Source of the DNA: a virus
Virus record (IMG/VR): IMGVR_UViG_3300044695_003432
Location: 21,133 to 85,132 of that record
Length of the DNA stretch: 64,000 nt
Direction: 5' to 3' (one strand)
Below are positions 27,208-36,036 of this stretch, in pieces; positions within the stretch are counted from its first letter, which is position 1, and every line of letters begins with the position of its first letter. Made by a program: the position numbers and the translations under genes. Below the pieces are notes generated by a model. The model was not told the origin of the DNA and did no database searches. It saw only the letters and a program-made list of their open reading frames with translations.

Positions 27208-27473
27208 TCGTTCAAGGAACAGAGGCACGATGCTCGATCGCTCCAGCGGATTGAAAGTCTGCAACGGGTGGCGTGATTCGCTGCACTATCGGCAGGGCTT
27301 GTGTCCGCACACGTGCCGATGCTCGCGGATGCGGTCGCTCGGGCGGGCTCGGGCAGGCTCGCGGCCCCACCCCCACGGGGGGAATCCGCCTGGCCCGCTA
27401 AACGATACCCTCTGAAAAGTTTCTGCTAGAAAAGCGGACCTAGGGATTTCTCCCCAGATCGCCTATAACGCCA

Positions 27474-27713
27474 TTAGACCGCATTAGAGCCATTCCTAGA
27501 CCGGGTGGACCCTTGGGTATCCCCAACCCCTAGAACGCCTCCTGAGCCATCTAATGCCCTCCCAGACCCATCCACACACGAGTTCATCTCCCCAACGGTT
27601 CCTATCCTTCTCAGAGCCTCTCTCGCAACCGTTTGAACCCCCTCGCATCCCATCCTAGCCACCCTCTGGAGGGCATCCTCGGCTATGAGCAGGCGGGATC
27701 GGTCATCCATCAC
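27474..27713 (-). CDS. Hypothetical protein
   Basis: 79 aa, GGAGG RBS, overlaps upstream stop. Confidence 0.45.
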   Translation of the reverse strand: MMDDRSRLLIAEDALQRVARMGCEGVQTVAREALRRIGTVGEMNSCVDGSGRALDGSGGVLGVGDTQGSTRSRNGSNAV

Positions 27714-27970
27714 TTCCTCCCTCTGCGTCTCGTCTGCGTCTTTCCTGCGTCCACCTCTGCGTCCACCTCTGCGTCCACCTCTGCGTCCACCTCTGCGTCC
27801 CCCTTCACAACCCCGTCCACCCCTCCCTCTCCATCTCCTCCTCCATCTCCGCCAACATCTCGTCCAGGTTCATCACCTCCACCCTTCACCTCCTCCCCCT
27901 TGGGGGGTTCAGCCTGAGCGACGTACATCTGCTTGATCGAGTCCCAATAGTTGATTAGCGAGTGATCCAT
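27710..27970 (-). CDS. Low-complexity hypothetical protein with (DAEV)4 repeat
   Basis: Start MDHSLINYW overlaps the terminase end; start uncertain. Confidence 0.45.
   Translation of the reverse strand: MDHSLINYWDSIKQMYVAQAEPPKGEEVKGGGDEPGRDVGGDGGGDGEGGVDGVVKGDAEVDAEVDAEVDAEVDAGKTQTRRRGRK
27745..27800. repeat. 12-bp tandem repeat (CTGCGTCCACCT) x4 plus a partial copy
   Basis: Read directly; encodes DAEV repeats on the minus strand. Confidence 0.9.
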
Positions 27971-29646
27971 GAGTGGTGCTTTCTGGGCTCCTTGGCCCCT
28001 ACCTGAAACTTGAGGAACTTGTCCATCTCCATCTTCCACACCCGATCCTTTGCTCGGGCGTTCTCCTCCTCGGTCTTCTGACTCATCACCTCGGTCCAGG
28101 ATTGAACCGCGATGGCGACGGCTTCAAGCCGGTCATCGTGAGCCAGACACCCTGCCATCTTGCGGATGTGGGTGAGCTGGTAGAAGAGCTGGTAGGTCTT
28201 AGCGACCTCTGAGGGGTAGCTGGCGGTGGACTTGTAATCCCGCTCGATGAGAGCGGCGTTGACGATCATCTTGTGAGACTCGATGATCGGACCAAGGGTG
28301 TCGATCATGCGGGCCTCTTTGTTGCCCTTGGACCAGGGAGCATCCTCTACGGAGCAGAGTTGATTCCCTCTGACTGCCGCTTGGAGCATCTTGGTGAACA
28401 TGCCTCCGCCGTAGTTAGGCTCGCAGAAGATCCGGTTCACCTTGTACCGCTTGGCGATGGAGGCAAGGCGGGTGAGGGTGGTGTCTGAGAAACCCTCAAG
28501 GAACCCCCCAGCATCGAGGAGGAACATCTGCCCATGCAGATACCCCACAACCCCGTATGCGGTCTCGTCCTTACCCCGGCCTGACGGATCTACTCCCATG
28601 TGAATCCCCACGAAGGGGAGCCTGAGAGCGTCCTTGAGAGCCACACCGCGGTACGGCCTGTCTCCCCTGAACCCCACCAGATTGACGTTCTTGATCTCCT
28701 GGTCTGGGTCGTTGTTCCAGGCCACCCGTTCCGGGATGTCCCCGGTGTCGAAGTCGTAGAAGCAGAGGTCTCTGTACCGGAAGGGGTACATCTCTGCATC
28801 CTGCATCTTCGGGTTCAGCATGAACTGAAGACCGAAGGTGGCACGGCCAATCGAGGACTCGATCTCCTGGAGCTTGGTCTCGGGGAAGCGGGTGGGCTCT
28901 GTAGGCTTGCCCTCTAGGGTGGGGTCTTTCTCCAAGTCCTTGAGCAGGTCTTCAGAGATGTCCCCATCCACCGCTTCGATGTCAGCCTTGCTGGGATACC
29001 GAGCGGTCCAGACGGTCTTCTTGTACCCTCGCTTCTCCAGCTCGGCGTACAGGGTCTCCTCGGTCTGGGGAGTACCGAGGTAGCAGATCCTCCCCGTCTC
29101 CGGCTTGGCGATCATCTCGAACTCTTTGACCTTCTCTGCGATCTTCTCTCGCATGAGGACGGTCTCTGAGTTCTCCGGGGTCTCGATGTCGTCGGGGATG
29201 ATGAGATCGGCACGGAAGCCGGTAATCATGCCCGTGATCGGACGGGAGTACACAGAGGGGAACTGGCCTGACTTCACACAACCGACATCGAAGGCAATGG
29301 CGGAGTCTCGCTGACCGGGGTTCGGTCGGAGAGGCTCCAGCACATCCATCCCCTGAATCAACATCCGGGAAAACTTGGAGAACTCATCCGCTCGGCGGGC
29401 ACCGCCTGAGCAGACGAGGATGTTCCACGAAGGGTTCCAGTACAGGAACCAAGGCACCGCACAGCCGGTGATGATCGACTTACCAATCCCGCGGGGGGCC
29501 TCGATGATCTGACGCTCGGGACCGTGTTGGATCTTGTGAGCGATCGAGTACTGGAGGGGGGTGGGGGAAGGGAGACCGAGATGCTTGAAGGCGAGGTAGA
29601 GGAAGTTCCGAAAGTCCCGCAGGGCGGGGTCGGGGGTGTAGTTCAT
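27955..29646 (-). CDS. Terminase large subunit (T7 gp19-like)
   Basis: APRGIGKS Walker A, RADLIIPDDIE, LGTPQ, VDPSGRGKDET, HDDRLEA. Confidence 0.97.
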   Translation of the reverse strand: MNYTPDPALRDFRNFLYLAFKHLGLPSPTPLQYSIAHKIQHGPERQIIEAPRGIGKSIITGCAVPWFLYWNPSWNILVCSGGARRADEFSKFSRMLIQGMDVLEPLRPNPGQRDSAIAFDVGCVKSGQFPSVYSRPITGMITGFRADLIIPDDIETPENSETVLMREKIAEKVKEFEMIAKPETGRICYLGTPQTEETLYAELEKRGYKKTVWTARYPSKADIEAVDGDISEDLLKDLEKDPTLEGKPTEPTRFPETKLQEIESSIGRATFGLQFMLNPKMQDAEMYPFRYRDLCFYDFDTGDIPERVAWNNDPDQEIKNVNLVGFRGDRPYRGVALKDALRLPFVGIHMGVDPSGRGKDETAYGVVGYLHGQMFLLDAGGFLEGFSDTTLTRLASIAKRYKVNRIFCEPNYGGGMFTKMLQAAVRGNQLCSVEDAPWSKGNKEARMIDTLGPIIESHKMIVNAALIERDYKSTASYPSEVAKTYQLFYQLTHIRKMAGCLAHDDRLEAVAIAVQSWTEVMSQKTEEENARAKDRVWKMEMDKFLKFQVGAKEPRKHHSWITR

Positions 29647-30596
29647 GGTTTCTTCAGAAGCAGACCGTCTCCGTAGCCTTCGGATTCACCCGCACGGATG
29701 CAGTTGAAGGACCCGGTGGCTTTGGCTTTGGCGTCTCGGAGTTTCCTCCACCAGGCCCAGGTGAAGTTGAATGGGGTGTTCAGGGTGAATCCGGGGACAC
29801 CGTTGGCGACTCTCTCAGAGAGATACCCGAAGTCCCACGCCACCACTCGCTCACCCGTCTCCGCTGCGGCATCGACCATGAAGGACCACTGACGGTCATC
29901 CACAAGCCGATACTTCCAGTTGTCGTTGGTTGGGTGGTACTGAGGGCTGAGCAGGATGTACCGCTTGGCGTTGGGGTTCAACCGGCGGGACTCGTTCACC
30001 GGCCCGAGCATCCTGGTCTTCCATTGCTCGTTGGTGTGGGAGTCTGAGTAGTGGTTGTAGAACGGGTAGCACTGGATGTAGTGCGAGTCGAGGTACTGCC
30101 CCAGCCGTGCGTAGGTGTAGTCGTTCGCGGTGCGGTACTGGATCATCTCGGCCCCGCTGGCCTGGATCGGGAGCCAGTAGGGGTTGTAGAAGCAGTCGTA
30201 CATCCCCAGCTCACACGATGTCGGAGCGTTGGCTCGGAACACGTCGATGAGGGTCTTGATGTACGCACAGTCCTCGTCGATGTTGGCGTTCGAGGCGTTC
30301 TGCCCGTAGCCGTTGACGGAGGTGGGCATGGAGGACTGCTGGACGATGCGGACATTCCCGCCTCGGTTGATCTCCTCTACGTCAAGGCAGACCTTGGTGC
30401 CGGGGGGAATGGCTCGGCAGTAGGAGGCCCAGTGAGCAGCGTCATAGACACCCGTGCTGTAGTCTCCGTCCGGGGAGTTGACGGACGGCTGATACCACTG
30501 GCGGATCAGCACCACCACCGGATCGACTCCCTGCCTTACACAGTCGGGGAAGGTGGGCCGACCATCGGCGTAGCCGAAGATGTTGCAGTAGATCAT
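29643..30596 (-). CDS. Putative glycoside hydrolase-like (TIM-barrel) protein
   Basis: Aromatic-rich 317 aa; VCLDVEE, ELGMYD, QCYPFY pattern; coupled to both terminase genes by ATGA overlaps. Confidence 0.45.
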   Translation of the reverse strand: MIYCNIFGYADGRPTFPDCVRQGVDPVVVLIRQWYQPSVNSPDGDYSTGVYDAAHWASYCRAIPPGTKVCLDVEEINRGGNVRIVQQSSMPTSVNGYGQNASNANIDEDCAYIKTLIDVFRANAPTSCELGMYDCFYNPYWLPIQASGAEMIQYRTANDYTYARLGQYLDSHYIQCYPFYNHYSDSHTNEQWKTRMLGPVNESRRLNPNAKRYILLSPQYHPTNDNWKYRLVDDRQWSFMVDAAAETGERVVAWDFGYLSERVANGVPGFTLNTPFNFTWAWWRKLRDAKAKATGSFNCIRAGESEGYGDGLLLKKP

Positions 30597-30814
30597 GCGG
30601 TCTTCTGATTCTCTTGGAAGGGGAGGTTCTCGGCGAGCTTCAGGATGGGGGAGTTCTTCTGACCGGCTTGGATGCCGTGGTCATGCAGGAGCTTCCGCAT
30701 CCGCTCTTTGTCCTGCGGGGATGCCTCACCGCTCTCCAGGAGCTTGAGGTCTGACTCGATCAGAGTGGTCATCATCTGAGCGAGCATGTCTTTATCACTG
30801 GGCATGGCCTGCAC
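30593..30814 (-). CDS. Terminase small subunit (T7 gp18-like)
   Basis: LESGEASPQD...RKLLHDHGI...LAENLPF. Confidence 0.75.
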   Translation of the reverse strand: MQAMPSDKDMLAQMMTTLIESDLKLLESGEASPQDKERMRKLLHDHGIQAGQKNSPILKLAENLPFQENQKTA

Positions 30815-31073
30815 TCACAAGGGAGAGGATCTTGAGGATCGTCGCTGAGTTGAGGATGAAGGTGAGGACGGCGAGACCCCCGAGGCCCATGTAGAGGTGC
30901 TTCTTCAGGTGGTCGATCTCGCCCCTCTGCTCTCGGGCTTGGGTCTGGATTGAATCAAGGAGTTTGCCATTCATGGTTTCGCGTTCCTCGGCACGCTCGA
31001 TGAACTGGTCGAGCTTGCCGGTCAGGAGTCCGATCTTTTCGCAAAGCTCGGCCACTACGGATTGGTCGGGCAT
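30795..31073 (-). CDS. Coiled-coil protein with C-terminal transmembrane helix, holin-like
   Basis: IGLLTGKLD...LYMGLGGLAVLTFIL; directly before terS, where T7 has its holin. Confidence 0.45.
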   Translation of the reverse strand: MPDQSVVAELCEKIGLLTGKLDQFIERAEERETMNGKLLDSIQTQAREQRGEIDHLKKHLYMGLGGLAVLTFILNSATILKILSLVSAGHAQ

Positions 31074-31091
31074 GGGGGTTTCCAATGGGGT

Positions 31092-31122
31092 GAAGAGACA
31101 CCCCCGCGGTTAGGCGGGGGTG
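31092..31122 (-). terminator. Terminator-like hairpin after gp16
   Basis: Minus strand CACCCCCGC-CTAACC-GCGGGGGTG followed by TCTCTTC. Confidence 0.55.
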
Positions 31123-31128
31123 GCTTGA

Positions 31129-34100
31129 TTAGCGACCAGAGTTCTTGAGCAGCTTGTTCACCTCTTCGGAGGAGGTGAGCCCGCTCTCAAGCAGGGCGTC
31201 GATGTTGAGACCGCTGGAGGCAGCTTTCAGCTTGGCGGCATCGGGCATCACGGATTGGCCCGTTGTCGTTCTGAAGTGCTCCTCGGTCATGGCGAGGGCG
31301 GTGAGCTTGTACTTCTCGTAGATGGATCGGAGAGCCTGCACCCGGTAGTTGTACGAGTCGCCTCCCTTGTAGGGGAGAGCGGTGCTCTTGTACTGCGGGG
31401 TGTTGATGAGCTTCTCAAGAGCCTCATCCACGAGGGCCTTGGACCCATCCGGCATGGGGAGCTGGACTCTGCCAAGAGTCTCTCGCCAGTAGTCGAGATA
31501 GGTCTGACCGCTCTTGTCACGGTAACTGCGGAGGTTGATACCAGGGCCGTACATCTCCTCGGGGGGAGTGAGCACGGTTCCGGTGGCAACGAGTTCCTTC
31601 ATCACGGGGGTCTGAGAGATGGGTCCGCTTTGGAACGGAGAGACCACATCGGCAACACGGTTATGGCCGGTGATGAGGTTCCACGGAGCCGCTCCCCGCA
31701 TCCCGGTCGTCACTCGACCGAAGATGTCTCGGGCGGGGTCGGAGAACTCAGACCAACCAGGGACACGGTTGCGGATGGCACCGAGCATCCCATCGGTCTC
31801 TCGCTTCTGACCATCGAACGCAACCGCCACGTCACGGACGATGCCGGGAACGATGGAGCCTGCGTAGGAGTTCAGAGCCTTCTCCACTTGGCCGGGGGAA
31901 CCCTCCAGAAGGGAGAAGAGATTGGAGAGGCCGGTGAGGAAGGTGTCGTTACTGAGCTGGCTTTGGAAGACCAGCAGCATCTTCTCGGCGATGGTCCCCC
32001 GTTCGTTCTCGTCCGTCGCCACATCGAGGGTCTCCATCATGTCTGCGATAGCCATGAGGGGACGGCTGATGGGGGAGTAACGGTTGAGCGGGTAGACCCT
32101 TCCGTTGATGATGAGGGAGTTGGGAACCCAGCCGGTGTCCATGAGAGCCTTGCGGGTCTGAGGCTCCGTGGGACCGGAGCCAGTCAGGTTGCCCGAGGCG
32201 TACAGAGACACCGCGGGCAGAGCAAGCATCGTGGACATCACGAGCTCCCCCTTCGCATGTGCCCGCGTGAGCGGATCAGGCGAAGAGAGGCGTGCTCGGA
32301 ACTGCTTACCGGCCTCAGAGGGCCGGAGGTAGTTGAAGCCCAGAGTCATGTTGGCACCGTCCGTCAAGAGGTTCGACGGGGTGCGGAGGAAGGGGACGAA
32401 GAGACGGAGGACAGGAGCCTTCTCTCGGGTCTTCTCAAGCGATCGAGCGAGGCTCCCGTTGAGAAGGTCGGAGGTCCACGTTGCCGCAGCGGCTTCGTCT
32501 ACGCCGCCTTGGAACAGGAAGGTCTTTCCATCGGCGGTCTTCGAGGCCGTCCCGTCGATGCCGTAGGCAACCTTGAGGTAATACTTCTGGAACTCCTCTG
32601 CCTTGTCCCCGGAGATTCCGAGGAGGCGGGCATCGGCGTTGGCCTGCGTCTTCACCCAAGCCTGGTACGAGACGTTCTTGAACCACTCGTCAGAGGTGTT
32701 GAGTACAATACTCGGGCCTCGGGCCAACTTGCCAAGGATGCCGGGGAGAACCGGCTCATGCTCTCCAAGGGAGTGCTGAGAGAGAATCGGCCTCTCTTTC
32801 TTCCAAGCCCGCGTGGCGTTCTGAACCGCTCGACTGTTGAGCTTGAGGGACTCGAAGGAAGTTTCAAGAAGGTTTCGGAAGTGGTTGGAGACGAGTTTTA
32901 ACTGCTGAGGATCACCCTCGTTGATCGCCCCAAGGGCTTCCTTGAGGGGGCGAAGGACGAGCATGTTGAGCCCGGTACTGAGCGGGTTGTGGTTGATGGT
33001 CTTGACACTGGAGAGCAGACCGTTCTGCCACACTTCAAGAGCTGCCTTGCCCACCTTGCCCGCGATGCCCCAGAAGTTCTCAACTGCTTGGGCGGCTTCG
33101 GACGGGCCGAGGCCTGCACGGAAGACCGCTTCGGCGTACTTCGCCTGGGCTTTGAGGACTTCAGGGCTGGCCTTGACCACATCGAGATGGGCCTTGGCCT
33201 CGGCGAGGATCTCCTCGAGCTGGCGGAGCTGGGTTGCTTGGGCGGTGGTGGGGGTTCCTTTGACTTCAGCGAGGAGTGCGGCCTTGGCGGATTCAGCGGA
33301 CTCGACCATATCCATTGCCCGTTGGAGAACGGGGTGGAAGGTAGTGCCCGCTTCTTGAGCAGCCTTGGCGACCTTCTCCGCAGCCGGGTCGGCTTGACCT
33401 GCGGCTTTGGTGGAGGTGATGCGATCCCGCTCGACGCCGAGGCGACGGAAGACCTCATCGAGGGCTTCTGACTCCTTGGTGAGGTGTTCGACATCGTTGA
33501 TCTGGAGGGCTCGACCGACAACTCGGTTCAGAGCCTTCCGCTCAACGGTGGCGTCGATCATCCCGTTCAGGAACTCCGCACTCATCTTCATGTCGCCCTT
33601 ACCTGCCATGCGGGTTGCAAGGAGGCCGTTGGCGACGACTTTGGCGTTGGCACGAGCGACCAGGGCAGGGAGCTTCTCGCCGACGCTTGCCCAGTTGTCC
33701 TGAAGGAACTTGAGCTGGGTGGGGTCGTCGATGAGTTCCACCACGTCCTTCCACGTCTGGTCGTTGGACTGGTTGATGCCAGCGACGACGGAGGCGGCTT
33801 GGTTGGTGGTGGAGTCGATCGCCTTGTGGAGCTCGTCGATCGAGGGGGTGCCTCCGAGGGTTCGGAGGTTGGTGTGTTCAAGGGTGGCGAGGGCGATTGC
33901 GTCCGAGGGGATGGCACCTTCGGACATGAGGGCTTGGACGGTGGAGACGGCGGGGGGAGGAGTGGGGGCTGAGGCGGCGGGGGGAGGAGTGGGGGCTGGG
34001 GCGGCGGACTGACCAAGTTCCGCTGGCCCACGACGAGCTTGGCCACTGACCAAGCTCGACTGAGCGTTACGGATAACAGCATCCTCGTTCAATACGATGG

Positions 34101-36036
34101 TTCCAATAGTGCCATCTAGGTTGAAAGAGAGCACGTCGTATCCGGCTGTTTTCGCCTTTACGACCGCATCGTTTACCGCGTCCACGAGGGTTTCGCCCTC
34201 ATTCAGCGACGAGCCGATGTAATCATTCGGGGGCCGCTCCCGACCAAGAAGCGTCCAGAACCCATCGTCGCCTTCTCGCAGAATCTTGGCTTCAGGCTTA
34301 GCGACAATCGTTTCAATGCTCGGGCCGTAACTTCTGGCGGATTCCGCCGAGCGGGCCATGAACGTCATGCCTTTTGCGGCATTGAACGGCTCCGCGATCC
34401 GCTCGGTTCGGGACGGGTTGGTTCCTCGATAGAACACCCGAGATGGGTCTGCGGCGGCGGGGGGCCGCTCGATCATTACAATGTGCTTGACAGGCCCGTT
34501 GGGCGTGTCGTGCATGTAAGCAACGGAGTCGAATCCCATCGACTCCATCCAGTCGGCCATTGCGGAACCGCTGAGCTTCTCCGGGGGGATTGCCTCCGCC
34601 TCGCCTTTGGGGCGTTTAGACTTCCAGACATCGTGAGTGCCCGCTTCGTTTCGGAGAACCCGCCACACAGGCATCGGCGGATCTACGTCCCCGCCGGATA
34701 CAGACATCGGCCCCCTGAGAGGCCCGTCGAGAACAGCCGAAACTTCCTTGGGCAGATCATTCCGCCTCCAGTTAGGAGGTAGCGGGGGAAATCCCATAGC
34801 GTTGTTGATGGCCTCGGTGAACTCCACAAACGTCTGCTTCGGCCCGGATTTGGTCAGATCGAGCGTCTTCTTTGGGGCAATCTCAAACTCCGCCACGGTT
34901 CCGTCTGCACGGGGCTTGTGGCCGTGGAGGATCTCGAAAGACTCCGCACCCTTACCGGGGTTCCGCTTGTCGTACCTCGCCACGGTTCGGGAGTCGGTGG
35001 ATGCGTACCTTGCCGCATCCTCGGGGTCCGTGGTGTAGAACTTGAACGGGGCCGTAGGCGGGGTGTCCTGGCCGGGGCGGATTATGTTGTCGATGGACTG
35101 AACGCCGGAGAGATGCTTGCCGCCTTCGAGCGGGGCCATGTCTCCGCGGTAGACTTTGACAGCGGCGATTGGGGCCGCATTCGCCGCATCCCCCACAACG
35201 CCATTAGACGGCACTACAGCCGTTCCAGCATTGGATGCACTCTCGGATGCACCTGAAGGTACGGACGCATCCTGGGGCATCGTAGAGGCTTTGGGAGCCT
35301 GTAGGGCCTGGGCCTCTGCCGCCAGCTTGTCTTTCTGGGCTTGGATCTTCGCCAGCAGGGCCGCAGACTCCTCGGCGGAGGCGGCTTTCTGGAGGCCCTT
35401 GGTCAGTTTGACAAGGGTTTCGATGGTGCCGAGGGCACCGTCCATAACCACGCCTTCGAGGGAGGCTTTGAGCTTCCGCTTGAGGATGGAATCATCCGCG
35501 TTCGTGGACAGGGCACGGGTGAAGTAGTTGTTCGCCGGGCCACCGAGGCGGACCAGGAGGTTTGAGAGGTTCTCGTTCTCTTGGTTGGCGAGGGCAAAGG
35601 AGGTGGCGGCACCCTGACCGGCCATCGTGGAGAGCTGCCGGAGGGCACCAGCACCACGGGAGGGAGTGAACCCAGCACCCAGCAGGCCGTAGCCAGCGGT
35701 GAACTCCAGAATCCCCTCGGCCACGGGACCGGCGGGGGTGGAGTATTGCAGGGCCGAGGGCATGGAAGCCTCTCGGTCCTCGGCTGAGACGGTGGAGAGG
35801 GTGCCGGGGCCGAAGGCAGCGTTCGCTACCGCGGCGACGTTGTTGGTGATGAGGTCGTCCTTGAGTGCTCCAACAGCACGGGGGACAGCCTTGGCGACAT
35901 CTGCCGCCATCTTGAGGTTGTTGACGTAACCCTCTGCGGCTCCCTGAACGAAGCCTTTGCCCATTTCGGCGGCGTAGTCCAGGATGCCGGGGTCAGAGGG
36001 GACGGGCTTTGAGGAGGGGGTTTCGGGGTTGCTCAT
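31129..36036 (-). CDS. Large internal virion protein (gp16-like) with inserted ART-like domains
   Basis: 1635 aa; NGLLSS, DEWFK, FVPFLRTPSN and LTGSGP...GW.PNS motifs; last of the internal virion genes. Confidence 0.85.
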   Translation of the reverse strand: MSNPETPSSKPVPSDPGILDYAAEMGKGFVQGAAEGYVNNLKMAADVAKAVPRAVGALKDDLITNNVAAVANAAFGPGTLSTVSAEDREASMPSALQYSTPAGPVAEGILEFTAGYGLLGAGFTPSRGAGALRQLSTMAGQGAATSFALANQENENLSNLLVRLGGPANNYFTRALSTNADDSILKRKLKASLEGVVMDGALGTIETLVKLTKGLQKAASAEESAALLAKIQAQKDKLAAEAQALQAPKASTMPQDASVPSGASESASNAGTAVVPSNGVVGDAANAAPIAAVKVYRGDMAPLEGGKHLSGVQSIDNIIRPGQDTPPTAPFKFYTTDPEDAARYASTDSRTVARYDKRNPGKGAESFEILHGHKPRADGTVAEFEIAPKKTLDLTKSGPKQTFVEFTEAINNAMGFPPLPPNWRRNDLPKEVSAVLDGPLRGPMSVSGGDVDPPMPVWRVLRNEAGTHDVWKSKRPKGEAEAIPPEKLSGSAMADWMESMGFDSVAYMHDTPNGPVKHIVMIERPPAAADPSRVFYRGTNPSRTERIAEPFNAAKGMTFMARSAESARSYGPSIETIVAKPEAKILREGDDGFWTLLGRERPPNDYIGSSLNEGETLVDAVNDAVVKAKTAGYDVLSFNLDGTIGTIVLNEDAVIRNAQSSLVSGQARRGPAELGQSAAPAPTPPPAASAPTPPPAVSTVQALMSEGAIPSDAIALATLEHTNLRTLGGTPSIDELHKAIDSTTNQAASVVAGINQSNDQTWKDVVELIDDPTQLKFLQDNWASVGEKLPALVARANAKVVANGLLATRMAGKGDMKMSAEFLNGMIDATVERKALNRVVGRALQINDVEHLTKESEALDEVFRRLGVERDRITSTKAAGQADPAAEKVAKAAQEAGTTFHPVLQRAMDMVESAESAKAALLAEVKGTPTTAQATQLRQLEEILAEAKAHLDVVKASPEVLKAQAKYAEAVFRAGLGPSEAAQAVENFWGIAGKVGKAALEVWQNGLLSSVKTINHNPLSTGLNMLVLRPLKEALGAINEGDPQQLKLVSNHFRNLLETSFESLKLNSRAVQNATRAWKKERPILSQHSLGEHEPVLPGILGKLARGPSIVLNTSDEWFKNVSYQAWVKTQANADARLLGISGDKAEEFQKYYLKVAYGIDGTASKTADGKTFLFQGGVDEAAAATWTSDLLNGSLARSLEKTREKAPVLRLFVPFLRTPSNLLTDGANMTLGFNYLRPSEAGKQFRARLSSPDPLTRAHAKGELVMSTMLALPAVSLYASGNLTGSGPTEPQTRKALMDTGWVPNSLIINGRVYPLNRYSPISRPLMAIADMMETLDVATDENERGTIAEKMLLVFQSQLSNDTFLTGLSNLFSLLEGSPGQVEKALNSYAGSIVPGIVRDVAVAFDGQKRETDGMLGAIRNRVPGWSEFSDPARDIFGRVTTGMRGAAPWNLITGHNRVADVVSPFQSGPISQTPVMKELVATGTVLTPPEEMYGPGINLRSYRDKSGQTYLDYWRETLGRVQLPMPDGSKALVDEALEKLINTPQYKSTALPYKGGDSYNYRVQALRSIYEKYKLTALAMTEEHFRTTTGQSVMPDAAKLKAASSGLNIDALLESGLTSSEEVNKLLKNSGR

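Noticed and set aside
27745-27800. DAEV tandem repeat as a functional array
   Set aside because: Simple in-frame slippage repeat in a low-complexity ORF, with no further support
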